Positions 1 to 10,226 of a DNA stretch of 64,000 bases are shown here, one piece after another. The position numbers and the translations under genes were made by a program. The stretch is taken from contig CAVPDX010000001.1 in the NCBI GenBank assembly GCA_963702775.1, positions 115,688 to 179,687 of the forward strand, given 5' to 3'. The notes beneath the pieces were generated by a model. The model was not told the DNA's origin. It worked only from the letters and a program-made list of their open reading frames with translations, and did not search any database. Position 1 is the first letter of the stretch. Each line of letters begins with the position of its first letter. The stretch is from an uncultured Acidobacteriaceae bacterium. GTDB lineage: Bacteria > Acidobacteriota > Terriglobia > Terriglobales > Acidobacteriaceae.

Positions 1-1
1 G

Positions 2-949
2 GGAAATCTTATCGACGGCCGCTACCGGACTCCCTATGCGATTCACGTGACTGGCGGCTTTCAGCACGCCTTCAATCAGCGCTGGACCCTAAGCGCCGAC
101 TACACCCACGAACAGGGCAATCACGGCTATCGCGGTTACACTTTCACGGGCGGCACGAATCTGTTCACGCCACTCATTCCCGCATCCGATCCAAACTATG
201 CCGCAGACCAGGCGGCGGTGGTTCCTGACCTGAACCTTTTCAAATCCGACAACCGCTCCAGCTACAACTCACTGATGGTGCATTTGCAGGGCAATGTTTC
301 CCGCCGCTTCAACCTGACGGCGAACTACACGCTTTCAAAGGCGAAAACCTGGGGATGCCTGCTCGGGGAACTCTTTGACTACGTGAATGGTGTTTGCGAT
401 CCGCTCAATCCTTTCGGCCCCGGAGACTACGGCCCGTCCGGCGAGGACGTCACTCATCGCTTCGTTCTCGCTGGAACTTTGCATATTCCGGGCGGCATTG
501 AATTGACCACCATCACGCAGGCCGAGAGCGCGCGCCCCATCACGCTGACCACTCCGGTCGGAACTCGCGCCGTCATCAACGGCGTGGAGTCCACGCTCGA
601 CCAGTTCCGTGGCACGCCCTTCATCCAGGCCGACTTCCGCGTTAGCCGGCCTTTCAAGTTCGGCGATCGCACCGAGATTCGCCCCTTCGCCGAGTTTTTC
701 AATCTCTTCAACCGCAACAACCCCGGCGCAAATTATGTGACTGATATTTCCGCCCTGCCCAACCCCGTCGACAATCTCGCCAATGCTACCGCTATCTGTC
801 AGGATCCGCCGGCGTGCACCACCTACGTGCCCATCACCAGCTTCAAGCAATTGCTCGTGCCCTCGGGCGCATTGGGAGATTTCTTCGGCCCCGGAACCAC
901 GGTCGGCATTCCCTTCGCCGCGCAGATCGGCGTACGGGTGACTTTCTGA
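2..949 (+). CDS. TonB-dependent-receptor-like outer-membrane beta-barrel, C-terminal part (5' end outside window)
   Basis: Frame is open from base 2, with no stop before the GTG at 47. Composition is Tyr/Asn/Gly-rich and beta-strand-like, and the protein ends in the aromatic terminus ...GVRVTF. Confidence 0.75.
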   Translation, partial: GNLIDGRYRTPYAIHVTGGFQHAFNQRWTLSADYTHEQGNHGYRGYTFTGGTNLFTPLIPASDPNYAADQAAVVPDLNLFKSDNRSSYNSLMVHLQGNVSRRFNLTANYTLSKAKTWGCLLGELFDYVNGVCDPLNPFGPGDYGPSGEDVTHRFVLAGTLHIPGGIELTTITQAESARPITLTTPVGTRAVINGVESTLDQFRGTPFIQADFRVSRPFKFGDRTEIRPFAEFFNLFNRNNPGANYVTDISALPNPVDNLANATAICQDPPACTTYVPITSFKQLLVPSGALGDFFGPGTTVGIPFAAQIGVRVTF

Positions 950-1073
950 GGTTTCGACTCGTCTCGGTGACTCCGATCACATACTTTCCCCCGCGTTCCA
1001 GCTACAAGTGGAATAGCCCGTCCTACGCTCCTTCGACGGCCGATCGGACTGCCGTCCTTCCTCGGAGGTCTGC

Positions 1074-1832
1074 ATGCCCCACGCAACATCGACCGCTCTA
1101 CCCAGCTTCTATGCCGGTGAAGAACGTTGGTATTTCCTCTACCGAACTGCCGCCGTCGCCGCGCTGATTACCGTTGCTCTGTTTCTGTTTCAGATCGCTG
1201 CCTTTTTCATCTGGCCGCCGTCTTCAACCGTGGCCGGCCACTTCGCGGTGCTGCAGTCACGTCCCTTGGTTGGACTGATCAGTCTAGATTTTCTGATCAT
1301 TGTTGACGAAGTGCTAGCCATCCCGATCTGCCTCGCTCTCTACCTGAGCCTGCGCCGCGTGCACGAATCGCTGATGCTCATTGCCACGGGATTCTCCGCG
1401 GCGTCCATCGCCTGCTTCCTCATCGCCACACCCGCGTTGAACATGCTCTATCTCAGCCGGCAATACGCCGCAGCCACTTCCGCGGGGGAACGCGAAGGTC
1501 TTATCGCCGCCGGGCAAGCCGTACTTTCGTCGTGGATGGGAACGCCGTTTCAGGTGGGCAATGTCGTGGGATCGATCGCGATGCTGATCGTCGGGTGGGT
1601 CATGCTGCGCAGCAAGATCTTCAGCCAGGCTGCCGGCTATCTCGGAATCGCCACGGGCGTGGTGGGTCTTGGGATGTACGTACCCAAGGTTGGAGTCTAC
1701 ATATCTATCCTCTCGGTCGTGGGAATGCAGGTCTGGTATGTGATGATCGCGATGACCCTGTTCCGGCTCCGCAATCGCGCCACTCAATCGGCGTTAGCAG
1801 GAGAGACACAAAACAGGATGGCGGCTGATTGA
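1074..1832 (+). CDS. polytopic membrane protein (DUF4386-like, from memory)
   Basis: 252-aa ORF with about 6 hydrophobic helices, e.g. AAVAALITVALFLFQIAAFFIW and LVGLISLDFLIIVDEVLAIPICLALYL. Confidence 0.7.
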   Translation: MPHATSTALPSFYAGEERWYFLYRTAAVAALITVALFLFQIAAFFIWPPSSTVAGHFAVLQSRPLVGLISLDFLIIVDEVLAIPICLALYLSLRRVHESLMLIATGFSAASIACFLIATPALNMLYLSRQYAAATSAGEREGLIAAGQAVLSSWMGTPFQVGNVVGSIAMLIVGWVMLRSKIFSQAAGYLGIATGVVGLGMYVPKVGVYISILSVVGMQVWYVMIAMTLFRLRNRATQSALAGETQNRMAAD

Positions 1833-2265
1833 GGGCGAACCAGTTTCGAGCGAGGGCTGTGGCACTTATGAGTAATGGCGATCCTCATACAGTGTCGCCA
1901 GCATCTGCCAACGCAGACCGCTCCCAACCGCGCCCATCATCAGCCCGAAACAACTCGAGATTCCCGGGGGCGTTGGGAGATTTCTTCGTCCCGGGAACAA
2001 CGGTGGGGATTCTCCCAGATGAAACGGAGGCGTTCAACCGCGCGCCCCATGCAGAAATCTGCAACTAGTCCTTGACTTCCCCGTAAGGAGGATTAGGATT
2101 GAGGTATCACCTCCGATCCAATTCAGGATCGAATGGGCCGATAGCCAAGGAATGTCACCGCTTCTTGGTTGCCGGCCCATTTAATGTTTACCCTAGAATC
2201 CTCTCATCAGCAGTGAGCGACTGCGTTCCAATAATGGTGGAAGCTGCGGTAGGCGCTACTATTTT

Positions 2266-3828
2266 CTACCTCCGGCCGCGCTTGATCATCTCTGACATGG
2301 GCTCACCAGGAATTTCGATTGGCTCAAACGCGGGGACAGTAAATTCCCTGACCCTTCTCACCACCGACTCCGGCGCCTCGACTTCCAACTGCACCACTCC
2401 ATCCTTGTACGCCCGCGAGTAAATGCGCGCCTTGGCTTCAAGCATGGCCAGCGTCTTTCCTTCTTTTTGCGGGACCCGTAAATGCACGCGGCTCACCGGA
2501 TCCTCTTCGATCATCATGTCGATGCGCGCCAGCAGCCGGTCCAGTCCTGTGCCTTCGGCCGCGGACACATACACTGTCTTCGCATCGAGTACAGCGCCGC
2601 CCACCAGGCTTTCGGCCACTTCCACGTCCAGCAGATCCACTTTATTCATCACTCGCAGCCGCGGTTTCTTCTCGGCTTCCAATTCTTTCAGGACAAGCTC
2701 GACCTGTGCATCCTGCTCGGCCGAGAGTCGGCTGCTGGCATCGGAAACATGCAGGATCAGCGATGCCCGCTGCACCTCTTCGAGCGTGGCGCGAAATGCC
2801 GAGACCAGCGTGTGCGGCAGGCTGCGAATGAATCCCACCGTGTCCGACATCAGAATCTTGCGCTTCGACGGCAGCACGACTCCCCGGATCGTAGGATCGA
2901 GTGTGGCGAACATGCGCGGTGAAGCCAGCACCGCAGCGAGCGTCAGCGCATTGAACAGCGTTGACTTGCCCGCGTTCGTGTAGCCGACCAGCGCCACGGT
3001 CGCGACGGGAGCCGACTCCCGCCGCTGCCGTTGCTGCGCCCGGATGCGGCGGACGTTCTCCAGTTGCTGCTCCACGTGCCGGACGCGCCGGGCAATCTTC
3101 CTGCGGTCGGTTTCAAGCTGCGTTTCACCGGGACCGCGGGTGCCAATGCCGCCGCCGAGTTGCGACATCTCCACGCCGCGCCCGGCCAGCCGCGGCAGCA
3201 GATATTGCAACTGCGCCAACTCCACCTGCAGCTGGCCTTCTCGCGTGCGCGCGTGCCGCGCAAAAATGTCGAGAATCAACTGCGTGCGGTCGATCACCCG
3301 CCGGTGAACTATTTTTTCAATATTGCGCTGCTGCGAAGCGCTGAGATCGTGATCGAAAAGAAGAAGGTCGGCATTCACGGACGCGGCCGCGCCCGCAATT
3401 TCTTCGAGCTTGCCGGCGCCGATCAACGTGGCAGGATCGGGACGGTCGCGCCGCTGCAAAATCTCGCCGACAACTTTGGCGCCCGCGCTGCCCGCTAGCG
3501 TACGCAATTCCGCCAGCGACTCCTCGGCATCGAACTCAGGAATGTTGGGTTTGTTGGTGGACTTTCCCGGGTTTGGACCCGAACTTTGTGGCCCCGGCTT
3601 TATCTTTATCTTGCCGCCGCTCGCCGCCGACGCCGCATCGCGGGCTGCCTGCGCTTGCGCGGTAACCGCTCCCTTCGCACCGTTGCGCCCGCGCGTGCGC
3701 ACCTCAATCCCCACCAAAAACGCGCGTTCCTGCGCATCTTCTTTAGCGCGCACGATTTCTGCGCCGAGAGGCACAGCTACTCTTGCGGACGCGCCATCGC
3801 GGGTCTTCTTGGAATGAGAACTGCGCAC
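2266..3828 (-). CDS. hflX: GTPase HflX
   Basis: G motifs [14 protein letters not shown] and NKVD are present. The gene lies 12 nt downstream of hfq. It has a GTG start and a low-complexity N-terminal extension, so the exact start is uncertain. Confidence 0.9.
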   Translation of the reverse strand: MRSSHSKKTRDGASARVAVPLGAEIVRAKEDAQERAFLVGIEVRTRGRNGAKGAVTAQAQAARDAASAASGGKIKIKPGPQSSGPNPGKSTNKPNIPEFDAEESLAELRTLAGSAGAKVVGEILQRRDRPDPATLIGAGKLEEIAGAAASVNADLLLFDHDLSASQQRNIEKIVHRRVIDRTQLILDIFARHARTREGQLQVELAQLQYLLPRLAGRGVEMSQLGGGIGTRGPGETQLETDRRKIARRVRHVEQQLENVRRIRAQQRQRRESAPVATVALVGYTNAGKSTLFNALTLAAVLASPRMFATLDPTIRGVVLPSKRKILMSDTVGFIRSLPHTLVSAFRATLEEVQRASLILHVSDASSRLSAEQDAQVELVLKELEAEKKPRLRVMNKVDLLDVEVAESLVGGAVLDAKTVYVSAAEGTGLDRLLARIDMMIEEDPVSRVHLRVPQKEGKTLAMLEAKARIYSRAYKDGVVQLEVEAPESVVRRVREFTVPAFEPIEIPGEPMSEMIKRGRR

Positions 3829-3840
3829 GCCGAAAACGCC

Positions 3841-4176
3841 TTACCCTTCGGTGCCCGAGGCACTCGCCGCCGCCGAAGCCGTTATCGGCGCCGACGTTGA
3901 TGTCGCCCCAGGCGCAGCTACTGCCTTGGCATCGGGATGCGCCAAGTGCGCACCGTGCGTCGCGGTGCGGCCCATCACCACCGTCGAGATAGCGTGCTTG
4001 AAGATCAATTGCTCCTGTCCGTTGGCCTCCAGCACCACGGAATATTTATCGAAAGAACGAATCCGGCCCGTCAACTTCACCCCGCTCAACAGATAAATGG
4101 TTATACTCAATCGCTCTTTGCGGGCCGTATTCAGGAAGGAATCCTGGATGTTCTGCGCCGGCTTGCCGCTCTCCAT
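3841..4176 (-). CDS. hfq: RNA chaperone Hfq
   Basis: Sm fold sequence [36 protein letters not shown]...[11 protein letters not shown]. An AAGGAG RBS sits 7 nt upstream of the ATG. The C-terminal tail is Ala/Ser-rich. Confidence 0.95.
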   Translation of the reverse strand: MESGKPAQNIQDSFLNTARKERLSITIYLLSGVKLTGRIRSFDKYSVVLEANGQEQLIFKHAISTVVMGRTATHGAHLAHPDAKAVAAPGATSTSAPITASAAASASGTEG

Positions 4177-4548
4177 AGCCGATCTCCTTATTTTTTGACT
4201 TCAACACACCAGCCTCGCCTCGTCCGCAGAATCGGGGCAAGCTCAAAACCACAGCATGTTCCTCGCAGACTTTCCCACTAAAAGGAACAAGGGGGGACGA
4301 CCCTGCCTCCTCGCCGTCTGATCATTCCAGTACGTGCGCCGCCTGGCAGGTAGCTGTGAGTACGATACGGTGTCCCCTCGCGCTTTTCAACCCGGAACTT
4401 GTGGAAGACCGGGTTTTCTTTGACATCGTGAAGCTTTTCTTACCCACCTCTGAGCGTTGTGTACAATCCCGGCGTGGGCAATTCCGCCTTATGTAATGCA
4501 CCGCACCCTTCTGTGATCGGAAGGGCAAGTGAAACCTCAGGAGGCATC

Positions 4549-5307
4549 ATGGCAAGCGCCGCTCTCGCAAGTTTCCTTACACCCCAAATCAACTTTCCCC
4601 CGGACTTCAACACCAACTTTCTGATGCTAGTCCGCTGGATTCACTTTCTGGCCGGCATCACCTGGATCGGCCTGCTCTATTTCTTCAACCTGGTGAACGT
4701 CCCCCTGATGAAAGAGCTGGACGCCTCCACCAAGGGCAAAGTCATGCCGGCGCTTATGACGCGGGCTCTGTGGTGGTTCCGCATGTCGGCGGCGCTGACC
4801 GTGCTCGCCGGCCTAATCTATTGGGGAAATATCGTCGCCGCCGACGCGCACAACGGAGGCGGCTCCAGCGGCACTGCGATGGGCAGCTTCTTCCTGATCT
4901 GGACCGTGGTTTGGGGCCTGCTCTACGCCTCCCTTATCCCGGGCAAAGGAATCTTTGACAATGGCGTATTTGTGGGCGTGGTGCATGCCGTGGTAGTCGC
5001 GGCCGCAGCCTGGCTCTTCCTGAGTCTCAACAGCCATGGTTGGGAAAGTAACCGCCTGCTTTCTATTGGCATCGGCGGCGGCATCGGCTGGGTCATGCTG
5101 CTCAATGTCTGGGGAGTGATATGGCGCATCCAGAAGCGAATGATTCAATGGACGCGCGACAACGCCACCAACGGCACTCCCATGCCCGACAAAGCCAAAG
5201 CCATGGCCCGTCAGGCCTTCCTGGTTAGCCGAGCCAATGCTTTCCTGTCAGTTGTAATGCTGTTCTTCATGGGCGCAGCCAGCCACTACCCGTTATTCGG
5301 AAAATAG
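4549..5307 (+). CDS. integral membrane protein (resembles the membrane domain of PuuD-type proteins; function unknown)
   Basis: ATG at 4549 is preceded by AGGAGG, while the track ORF starts earlier at 4459. Several TM helices are present, with the motif FLAGITWIGLLYFFNLVNVP. Confidence 0.75.
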   Translation: MASAALASFLTPQINFPPDFNTNFLMLVRWIHFLAGITWIGLLYFFNLVNVPLMKELDASTKGKVMPALMTRALWWFRMSAALTVLAGLIYWGNIVAADAHNGGGSSGTAMGSFFLIWTVVWGLLYASLIPGKGIFDNGVFVGVVHAVVVAAAAWLFLSLNSHGWESNRLLSIGIGGGIGWVMLLNVWGVIWRIQKRMIQWTRDNATNGTPMPDKAKAMARQAFLVSRANAFLSVVMLFFMGAASHYPLFGK

Positions 5308-5329
5308 GCTTTGCTTCTCCAATAAAAGA

Positions 5330-5351
5330 GGGAGCCGAGATTCCGGCTCCC
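5330..5351 (-). terminator. GC-rich hairpin between convergent genes, U-tract on minus-strand side
   Basis: GGGAGCCG (5330-5337) pairs with CGGCTCCC (5344-5351) across a 6-nt loop. The flanking AATAAAAGA reads as a U-tract for the minus-strand transcript. Confidence 0.6.
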
Positions 5352-5377
5352 TATTAGGTAGAAACTTCAAGATCCGA

Positions 5378-8300
5378 CTAGAAGGTGAACGTAGCCCCCA
5401 AGCGGATGCGCCGTGCGATCTGCCAGAGGTTAGCCTGGCCGTAAAGCCCGCTCAAGTTGACTCCGCTGGCGTTGATATCCGACGCAAAGTTATAACCGGT
5501 TTCGGCTGCCTGGTAGAACGCCGCTCCGCTAAAGAGATTACAGGGGCCGGCAGTGCCACCCGGGCCGCAAAGCCCCGTGGGAGATACGGAGTTCACGTAG
5601 TGAGTCGAATTTAAATCGCCCCAGTACGCGACCACGGAGTGCTGGTTGAACAGGTTGGCGAGCGTTGCGTTGAAGCTAAGTACCTGGTGCTCGTTGTTTT
5701 TGTTGACCTTGATGGCATGGGAAAGGTTCAAGTCGCTCTGGATGTACCACGGTGTGCGCTTGGCCGACGGATTGGTCAGGGTAATGGCGCCCGTCGCGTC
5801 TTCGCTTGCATTGACGAATTGTCCTCTGCCAAAGATGTATGTGGATTCCACCGGGTCAGCGCCATTTCCATAGCCGAGGTCAGCGTATGAACTCACCGGG
5901 CTGCCCTGATAGGCAACCTGGAAAAGCCCGATCGTTGTGGTGTTGGTCTTTCCCTTCCAAGGCATGGTGTAATACGCGTATCCCTTGATCGCGCTCGGGC
6001 GATCCGTCGGCAGGGGCCCATCGTTGGACTGGCCGTTGTCCTTGAAATAGTAGAACGGCTCGTCGAACGAGCGGGTGGTGTCGGGCGAGTTACGTCCGGT
6101 CGTGCCACCGTCGATCTGGTCGGTGGTGGTCAGGCCGGTGTAGTTGCCCCACAGGCGGCTCCAGGTGTAGCTGAACATTCCCGACCAGCCCTTGCTCTGC
6201 GTCTTGGTCAACCGCAATTCCACGCCGTCGTAGTCGCGGATCGCCACAGGCATGGCTGGACATGTTGGACAAGTGCCGAAGGCGCCCGTCGGGTTAAATG
6301 CGGCTGTTCCTGGGCCGTATGCATCGCCCAACGAGGTCAGGTAGTTCGCGTAACCGTCGATGGTCTTGTTGACTCCCTGGCCAGGGTTCACGACCGTGTA
6401 GATTTCGAAGGCATTCGGATCGGACAACGAAGCGTCCTCAATCACGTGGTCGAGACGGCGACGATCATAACGCGCTTCGAAAGCCCAATCCTTGGCGATC
6501 TGATAGTCCCAGCCGACGACGATCTCGTGTTGACGATAAGGATTCACGCCACGCGCGATCGGTTCCTCCGGGCGGAAGTTGAGGTTTTCGATAAGCTGAA
6601 CGCCGCTCGTGGCGTCGGTGAAAACCGGCGGTACTACGCCACCCGCAAAGCTGGCTCCCGCGCTCGCGATGCCAGTCGGGCAGGCTCGGCCAGCGGCGTT
6701 CCCCACCAGAGTGGCATCGGCGTTGAGGAACCCATTCGGGGTCCCGTCGGGACCCACAGGATAGGTGCAAACCTCGTATCCCTGCGCGCCCCATGAAGTC
6801 TGGGCCAACAGCAGCTTCATGACGTCGTTGACAACGCCATAGCTGCCAAAGATCTTCATCTTGCCGTCCCGCGATCCCCAGGCAGCTCCCAGACGAGGCT
6901 CAACCTTCTGGCTCCAGTCGAAGTTGATAGCGCTGATCCCCGCAATTCCGATTCCCGGGGGCGCAGGCAGGCTTTCTTTCTCGACACGCAGGCCGAGGTT
7001 CAGAGTTAATCCATGCCCCACGGTCCAGGCATCCTGAATGAATAAGGCGTGGTTATTGTCGACGGCCGGAACGACTGCTCCAGCCGAGTTCTTCAGGATG
7101 GTTGCGAAGTCGATGACTTCCGCAAAGCCGTACTGGCCAGCGCAAATTCCCCAAGGGTCCGCCGACAGAAGGGCGCACTGGCCGGCTCCATAGGTCGTAC
7201 CTGCTCCGTAGCCAAAGCCCCCGCCGACAACCATGGCTGCGAAGGGCAGGTTGCCGTGCTGATTAATCACGTTGGACAGACGGTTGAACTGGTAACCCGC
7301 TTTAATGTTGTGCGTGCCCAACCAGCCGCTTTTGAAGAACGCCACATCTTCATCGAACTGGTAGTGCTTGCTGGCATTGACTTGAGTATAGCTCTGATCA
7401 AAGGGAGCAGTGCTCGAGCCAGCTGCCTGGTTCAGCGCGGCCGGAAGGGGGGCGCCGGTATTGTCGGTCGTTGCTCCGGTCTCGTTAACAAGGTCTACAC
7501 CCTGGTTCGGCCAGCCAAAATCGTGATAGTTGGTGAAAAAATAGCCATAGCGCGTGGTCGAGACGATCTTCGGCGTCAGGGTGATATCAGCTCCGATGTT
7601 ATACGTGGAGTTCGGGGCCGAGTAGCCGAGGCCGTGCGCGTACTGGGTTAAAGGAGTATTGATGCCCCCAAGACCCGCTCCTCCAGTGTTCAGAAGACCG
7701 TGTACATCATCCGGATAGGGCAGACTGCTCCCGGCTTCGCGTGAGTATTGATAAAGCCACGAAGCGAAGAGACGGATTTTCTGGGTCGCAACGAAGTCAA
7801 AACGAGCGGTAGTGAAGTACTGCTGGTTGTCCTGAGTAAAGAGTTGGTTCCCCAAGGTTGAATTCAGACAGGAGATACCGGTCGGGTTAGTGGGGCTGAA
7901 ACACTGTGATGGGTCCATGTTCACCGATCTGCCCAGGGAATTGTATTCCGGAGCAAATCCCAGGAAGAACCAGAGGCGGTCCTTTAGCACCGGGCCACCA
8001 ACCGTAAAGCCGGCCTGAGCGATCCGGAAGTGGTCTCTCTTGGGGTCATAGACCTGCGAATCGGCGTCAAAAGGAAGTGAGGTAGTCGGAGACGGATCGT
8101 AACGCAAGGCTTGGTTCTCAGCACCGCCCAACACGCCCGAGCCGTCGATCCCGTCGTTTTCATAAGTGGCGAAAAAGGAGCCGTGGTAGGCGTTGCTGCC
8201 CTTCTTCATAACGACGTTGACCACGCCGCCGAGAGCGCCACCGTGTTCCGCCTCGATACCAGAACTCTTGACCTGGACTTCCTGAATGAACTGGAAGGGG

Positions 8301-8986
8301 ACGTTGGCGCTGGAAGCGCCGCCGGAGATGTTCTCCGTGTCCTGACCTTCCACAAGGTAGCTATTCTCCGAATCCGCGCCGCCGCCGACCGAGAAACCGA
8401 CGGACAAACCGTTGCCGGCGCTGCCCGGCAGTGAACCGCCGGAATTGCCGCTCATGCCGGCCCCACCACCCGCCAGAGGCTCATTGCGGGCCATGGGCGC
8501 GTATTGAATGACCGACTGGAAGGTGTATCCATGCGGAGTGTCATTCAACGTTTCGTTGGTAAGGTTGGTCTGGTTCGTATTTGTGGTGACATCAATCGCC
8601 GGCGCTTCGCCGGTTACTTCCACGACCGTGCCCTGCGCGCCCACCGACAAAGGCAGATCAAGAGTGGGAAGGTGGCCTATTTCGATCGCGATGCCTTCGC
8701 GTTTCAGTTCGGAAAACCCAGCTGCCTTCACAGTGACTGTGTAGATGCCGGGCGGGAGGTTGGCAAAGCGATAGTAGCCGCTGCTGTCGGTATCCAGCTT
8801 CTTCGAACCCACCAGCGCAGGGCTATTCAACTCTACGCTAGCCTTGGCGACGACTGCGCCGCTAGGGTCTTTAACGGTTCCCTGCAGTCCACCGGTCGTT
8901 TCCTGCGCGAAAACGTTGGCTACCAGCAGCAGCACAGAGAACAAGCAAACGGCAAACATCCCGATCTTTGTTGAGAAGCGACTCAT
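5378..8986 (-). CDS. TonB-dependent-receptor-like outer-membrane protein with N-terminal carboxypeptidase-regulatory-like domain
   Basis: 1202 aa with a signal peptide, QETTGGLQGTVKDPSGAVVAKASVEL...YRFANLPPGIYTVTV (CarboxypepD_reg-like), a long beta-barrel and the terminal ...GATFTF. Confidence 0.9.
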   Translation of the reverse strand: MSRFSTKIGMFAVCLFSVLLLVANVFAQETTGGLQGTVKDPSGAVVAKASVELNSPALVGSKKLDTDSSGYYRFANLPPGIYTVTVKAAGFSELKREGIAIEIGHLPTLDLPLSVGAQGTVVEVTGEAPAIDVTTNTNQTNLTNETLNDTPHGYTFQSVIQYAPMARNEPLAGGGAGMSGNSGGSLPGSAGNGLSVGFSVGGGADSENSYLVEGQDTENISGGASSANVPFQFIQEVQVKSSGIEAEHGGALGGVVNVVMKKGSNAYHGSFFATYENDGIDGSGVLGGAENQALRYDPSPTTSLPFDADSQVYDPKRDHFRIAQAGFTVGGPVLKDRLWFFLGFAPEYNSLGRSVNMDPSQCFSPTNPTGISCLNSTLGNQLFTQDNQQYFTTARFDFVATQKIRLFASWLYQYSREAGSSLPYPDDVHGLLNTGGAGLGGINTPLTQYAHGLGYSAPNSTYNIGADITLTPKIVSTTRYGYFFTNYHDFGWPNQGVDLVNETGATTDNTGAPLPAALNQAAGSSTAPFDQSYTQVNASKHYQFDEDVAFFKSGWLGTHNIKAGYQFNRLSNVINQHGNLPFAAMVVGGGFGYGAGTTYGAGQCALLSADPWGICAGQYGFAEVIDFATILKNSAGAVVPAVDNNHALFIQDAWTVGHGLTLNLGLRVEKESLPAPPGIGIAGISAINFDWSQKVEPRLGAAWGSRDGKMKIFGSYGVVNDVMKLLLAQTSWGAQGYEVCTYPVGPDGTPNGFLNADATLVGNAAGRACPTGIASAGASFAGGVVPPVFTDATSGVQLIENLNFRPEEPIARGVNPYRQHEIVVGWDYQIAKDWAFEARYDRRRLDHVIEDASLSDPNAFEIYTVVNPGQGVNKTIDGYANYLTSLGDAYGPGTAAFNPTGAFGTCPTCPAMPVAIRDYDGVELRLTKTQSKGWSGMFSYTWSRLWGNYTGLTTTDQIDGGTTGRNSPDTTRSFDEPFYYFKDNGQSNDGPLPTDRPSAIKGYAYYTMPWKGKTNTTTIGLFQVAYQGSPVSSYADLGYGNGADPVESTYIFGRGQFVNASEDATGAITLTNPSAKRTPWYIQSDLNLSHAIKVNKNNEHQVLSFNATLANLFNQHSVVAYWGDLNSTHYVNSVSPTGLCGPGGTAGPCNLFSGAAFYQAAETGYNFASDINASGVNLSGLYGQANLWQIARRIRLGATFTF

Positions 8987-9018
8987 AGTGTTGTCTCCAA
9001 ATGGATAAACGATTTCAT

Positions 9019-9048
9019 GGTTCGATTAACTCTGGTTCGATTAACTCT
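9019..9048. repeat. perfect tandem duplication 2 x 15 bp (GGTTCGATTAACTCT) upstream of the barrel gene
   Basis: Read directly. The repeat lies 33-62 nt upstream of the start codon at 8986. Confidence 0.9.
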
Positions 9049-9401
9049 TACTTGATTCCTGAAACGCCAAGACGACGGCCTAACCTGGGAGCATACGATC
9101 ATCGTCGCTAGATAACGGTCTAGCCTGGTACGCAATACCTGTGAACAACACCATCTAGCAACTCACGCTCCAAAATATTGCCGGTTAACAGCCATTGTTT
9201 TCAATGAATTGCAACCATGACGGAATTTATGGCTCTCTGAATTGGAAGATCGGCGGGATGATTCTATGGTTTTACGTATAATTACGAGTAGCCGAAAACC
9301 GTCCGGCAAGCATCCCATTTGACTTTTGCCGCCGACCTGCGTCTGTCAGACGCCATCGTAACTTCGAGCTGCCATTTCGCATCCAATCGCGCATTGGGGA
9401 G

Positions 9402-10217
9402 ATGAAAATGAAACGTTTTCCGGCGATGTTAAAGATGTCTCTGGCTCTCTTGATTGCCTGCTCGGGTTTCTCTGCAGAAGCTAAAGCGCAGAATACCGCC
9501 GCGGAATCTGGCCGCAAGCCCGTATTGGTCGAGCTATTCACCTCGGAGGGCTGCTCTTCTTGTCCCCCGGCGGATGCGTTGCTGCAGAAACTGGAAGCGC
9601 AACAACCGGTAGCTGGAGCCGAGATCATCGCGTTGGAAGAGCATGTGGATTATTGGAATCACGACGGCTGGGTCGATCCCTTCTCTTCGCCGGAGTGGAC
9701 GCACCGGCAGGAGGTTTATACCGCCCTCGTCAAGAAAGACGTATACACGCCGGAACTCGTGGTGGACGGCCAGAGCCAGTTCCTGGGCAGCGATGAACAA
9801 GCGGCTCAACTCGAAATCGAGAAGGCTTCGCGCGGCTTGAAAACTGACGTTGCAATCACGCCGGGTAAGCCGGAAGGCAAAGGCTCGCAGCGCTTCACCG
9901 TCTCGGTAGGGAAGCTTGCCGGAAACAAGCCCGGCGATGCGGCGGAAGTCTGGCTGGCGGTTACCGAGGATGGTCTGCATTCGTCGGTGGGCGCGGGAGA
10001 GAATGCGGGGCACGTCCTGACTCATGTTGCAACGCTGCGTTCGTTGCGCAAGATTGGCGTCGCCGATGCGAGCGGCGCGCCGGCATCCTTTGCTGGAGAT
10101 GCCGTGGTGAAGTTCAACTCCCACTGGGCTTCTGAAAATCTGCACGTGACGGTTTTCGTGCAGGAGAAGAAGAGCCGGGAAATTCTGGGAGCGGCCTCAA
10201 CCAAGGTAAAAGGCTAG
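9402..10217 (+). CDS. DUF1223-domain secreted protein
   Basis: Signal peptide, then ELFTSEGCSSCPPAD and EEHVDYWNHDGWVDPFSS, which are characteristic of DUF1223. Confidence 0.8.
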   Translation: MKMKRFPAMLKMSLALLIACSGFSAEAKAQNTAAESGRKPVLVELFTSEGCSSCPPADALLQKLEAQQPVAGAEIIALEEHVDYWNHDGWVDPFSSPEWTHRQEVYTALVKKDVYTPELVVDGQSQFLGSDEQAAQLEIEKASRGLKTDVAITPGKPEGKGSQRFTVSVGKLAGNKPGDAAEVWLAVTEDGLHSSVGAGENAGHVLTHVATLRSLRKIGVADASGAPASFAGDAVVKFNSHWASENLHVTVFVQEKKSREILGAASTKVKG

Positions 10218-10226
10218 TTCGTAAGG

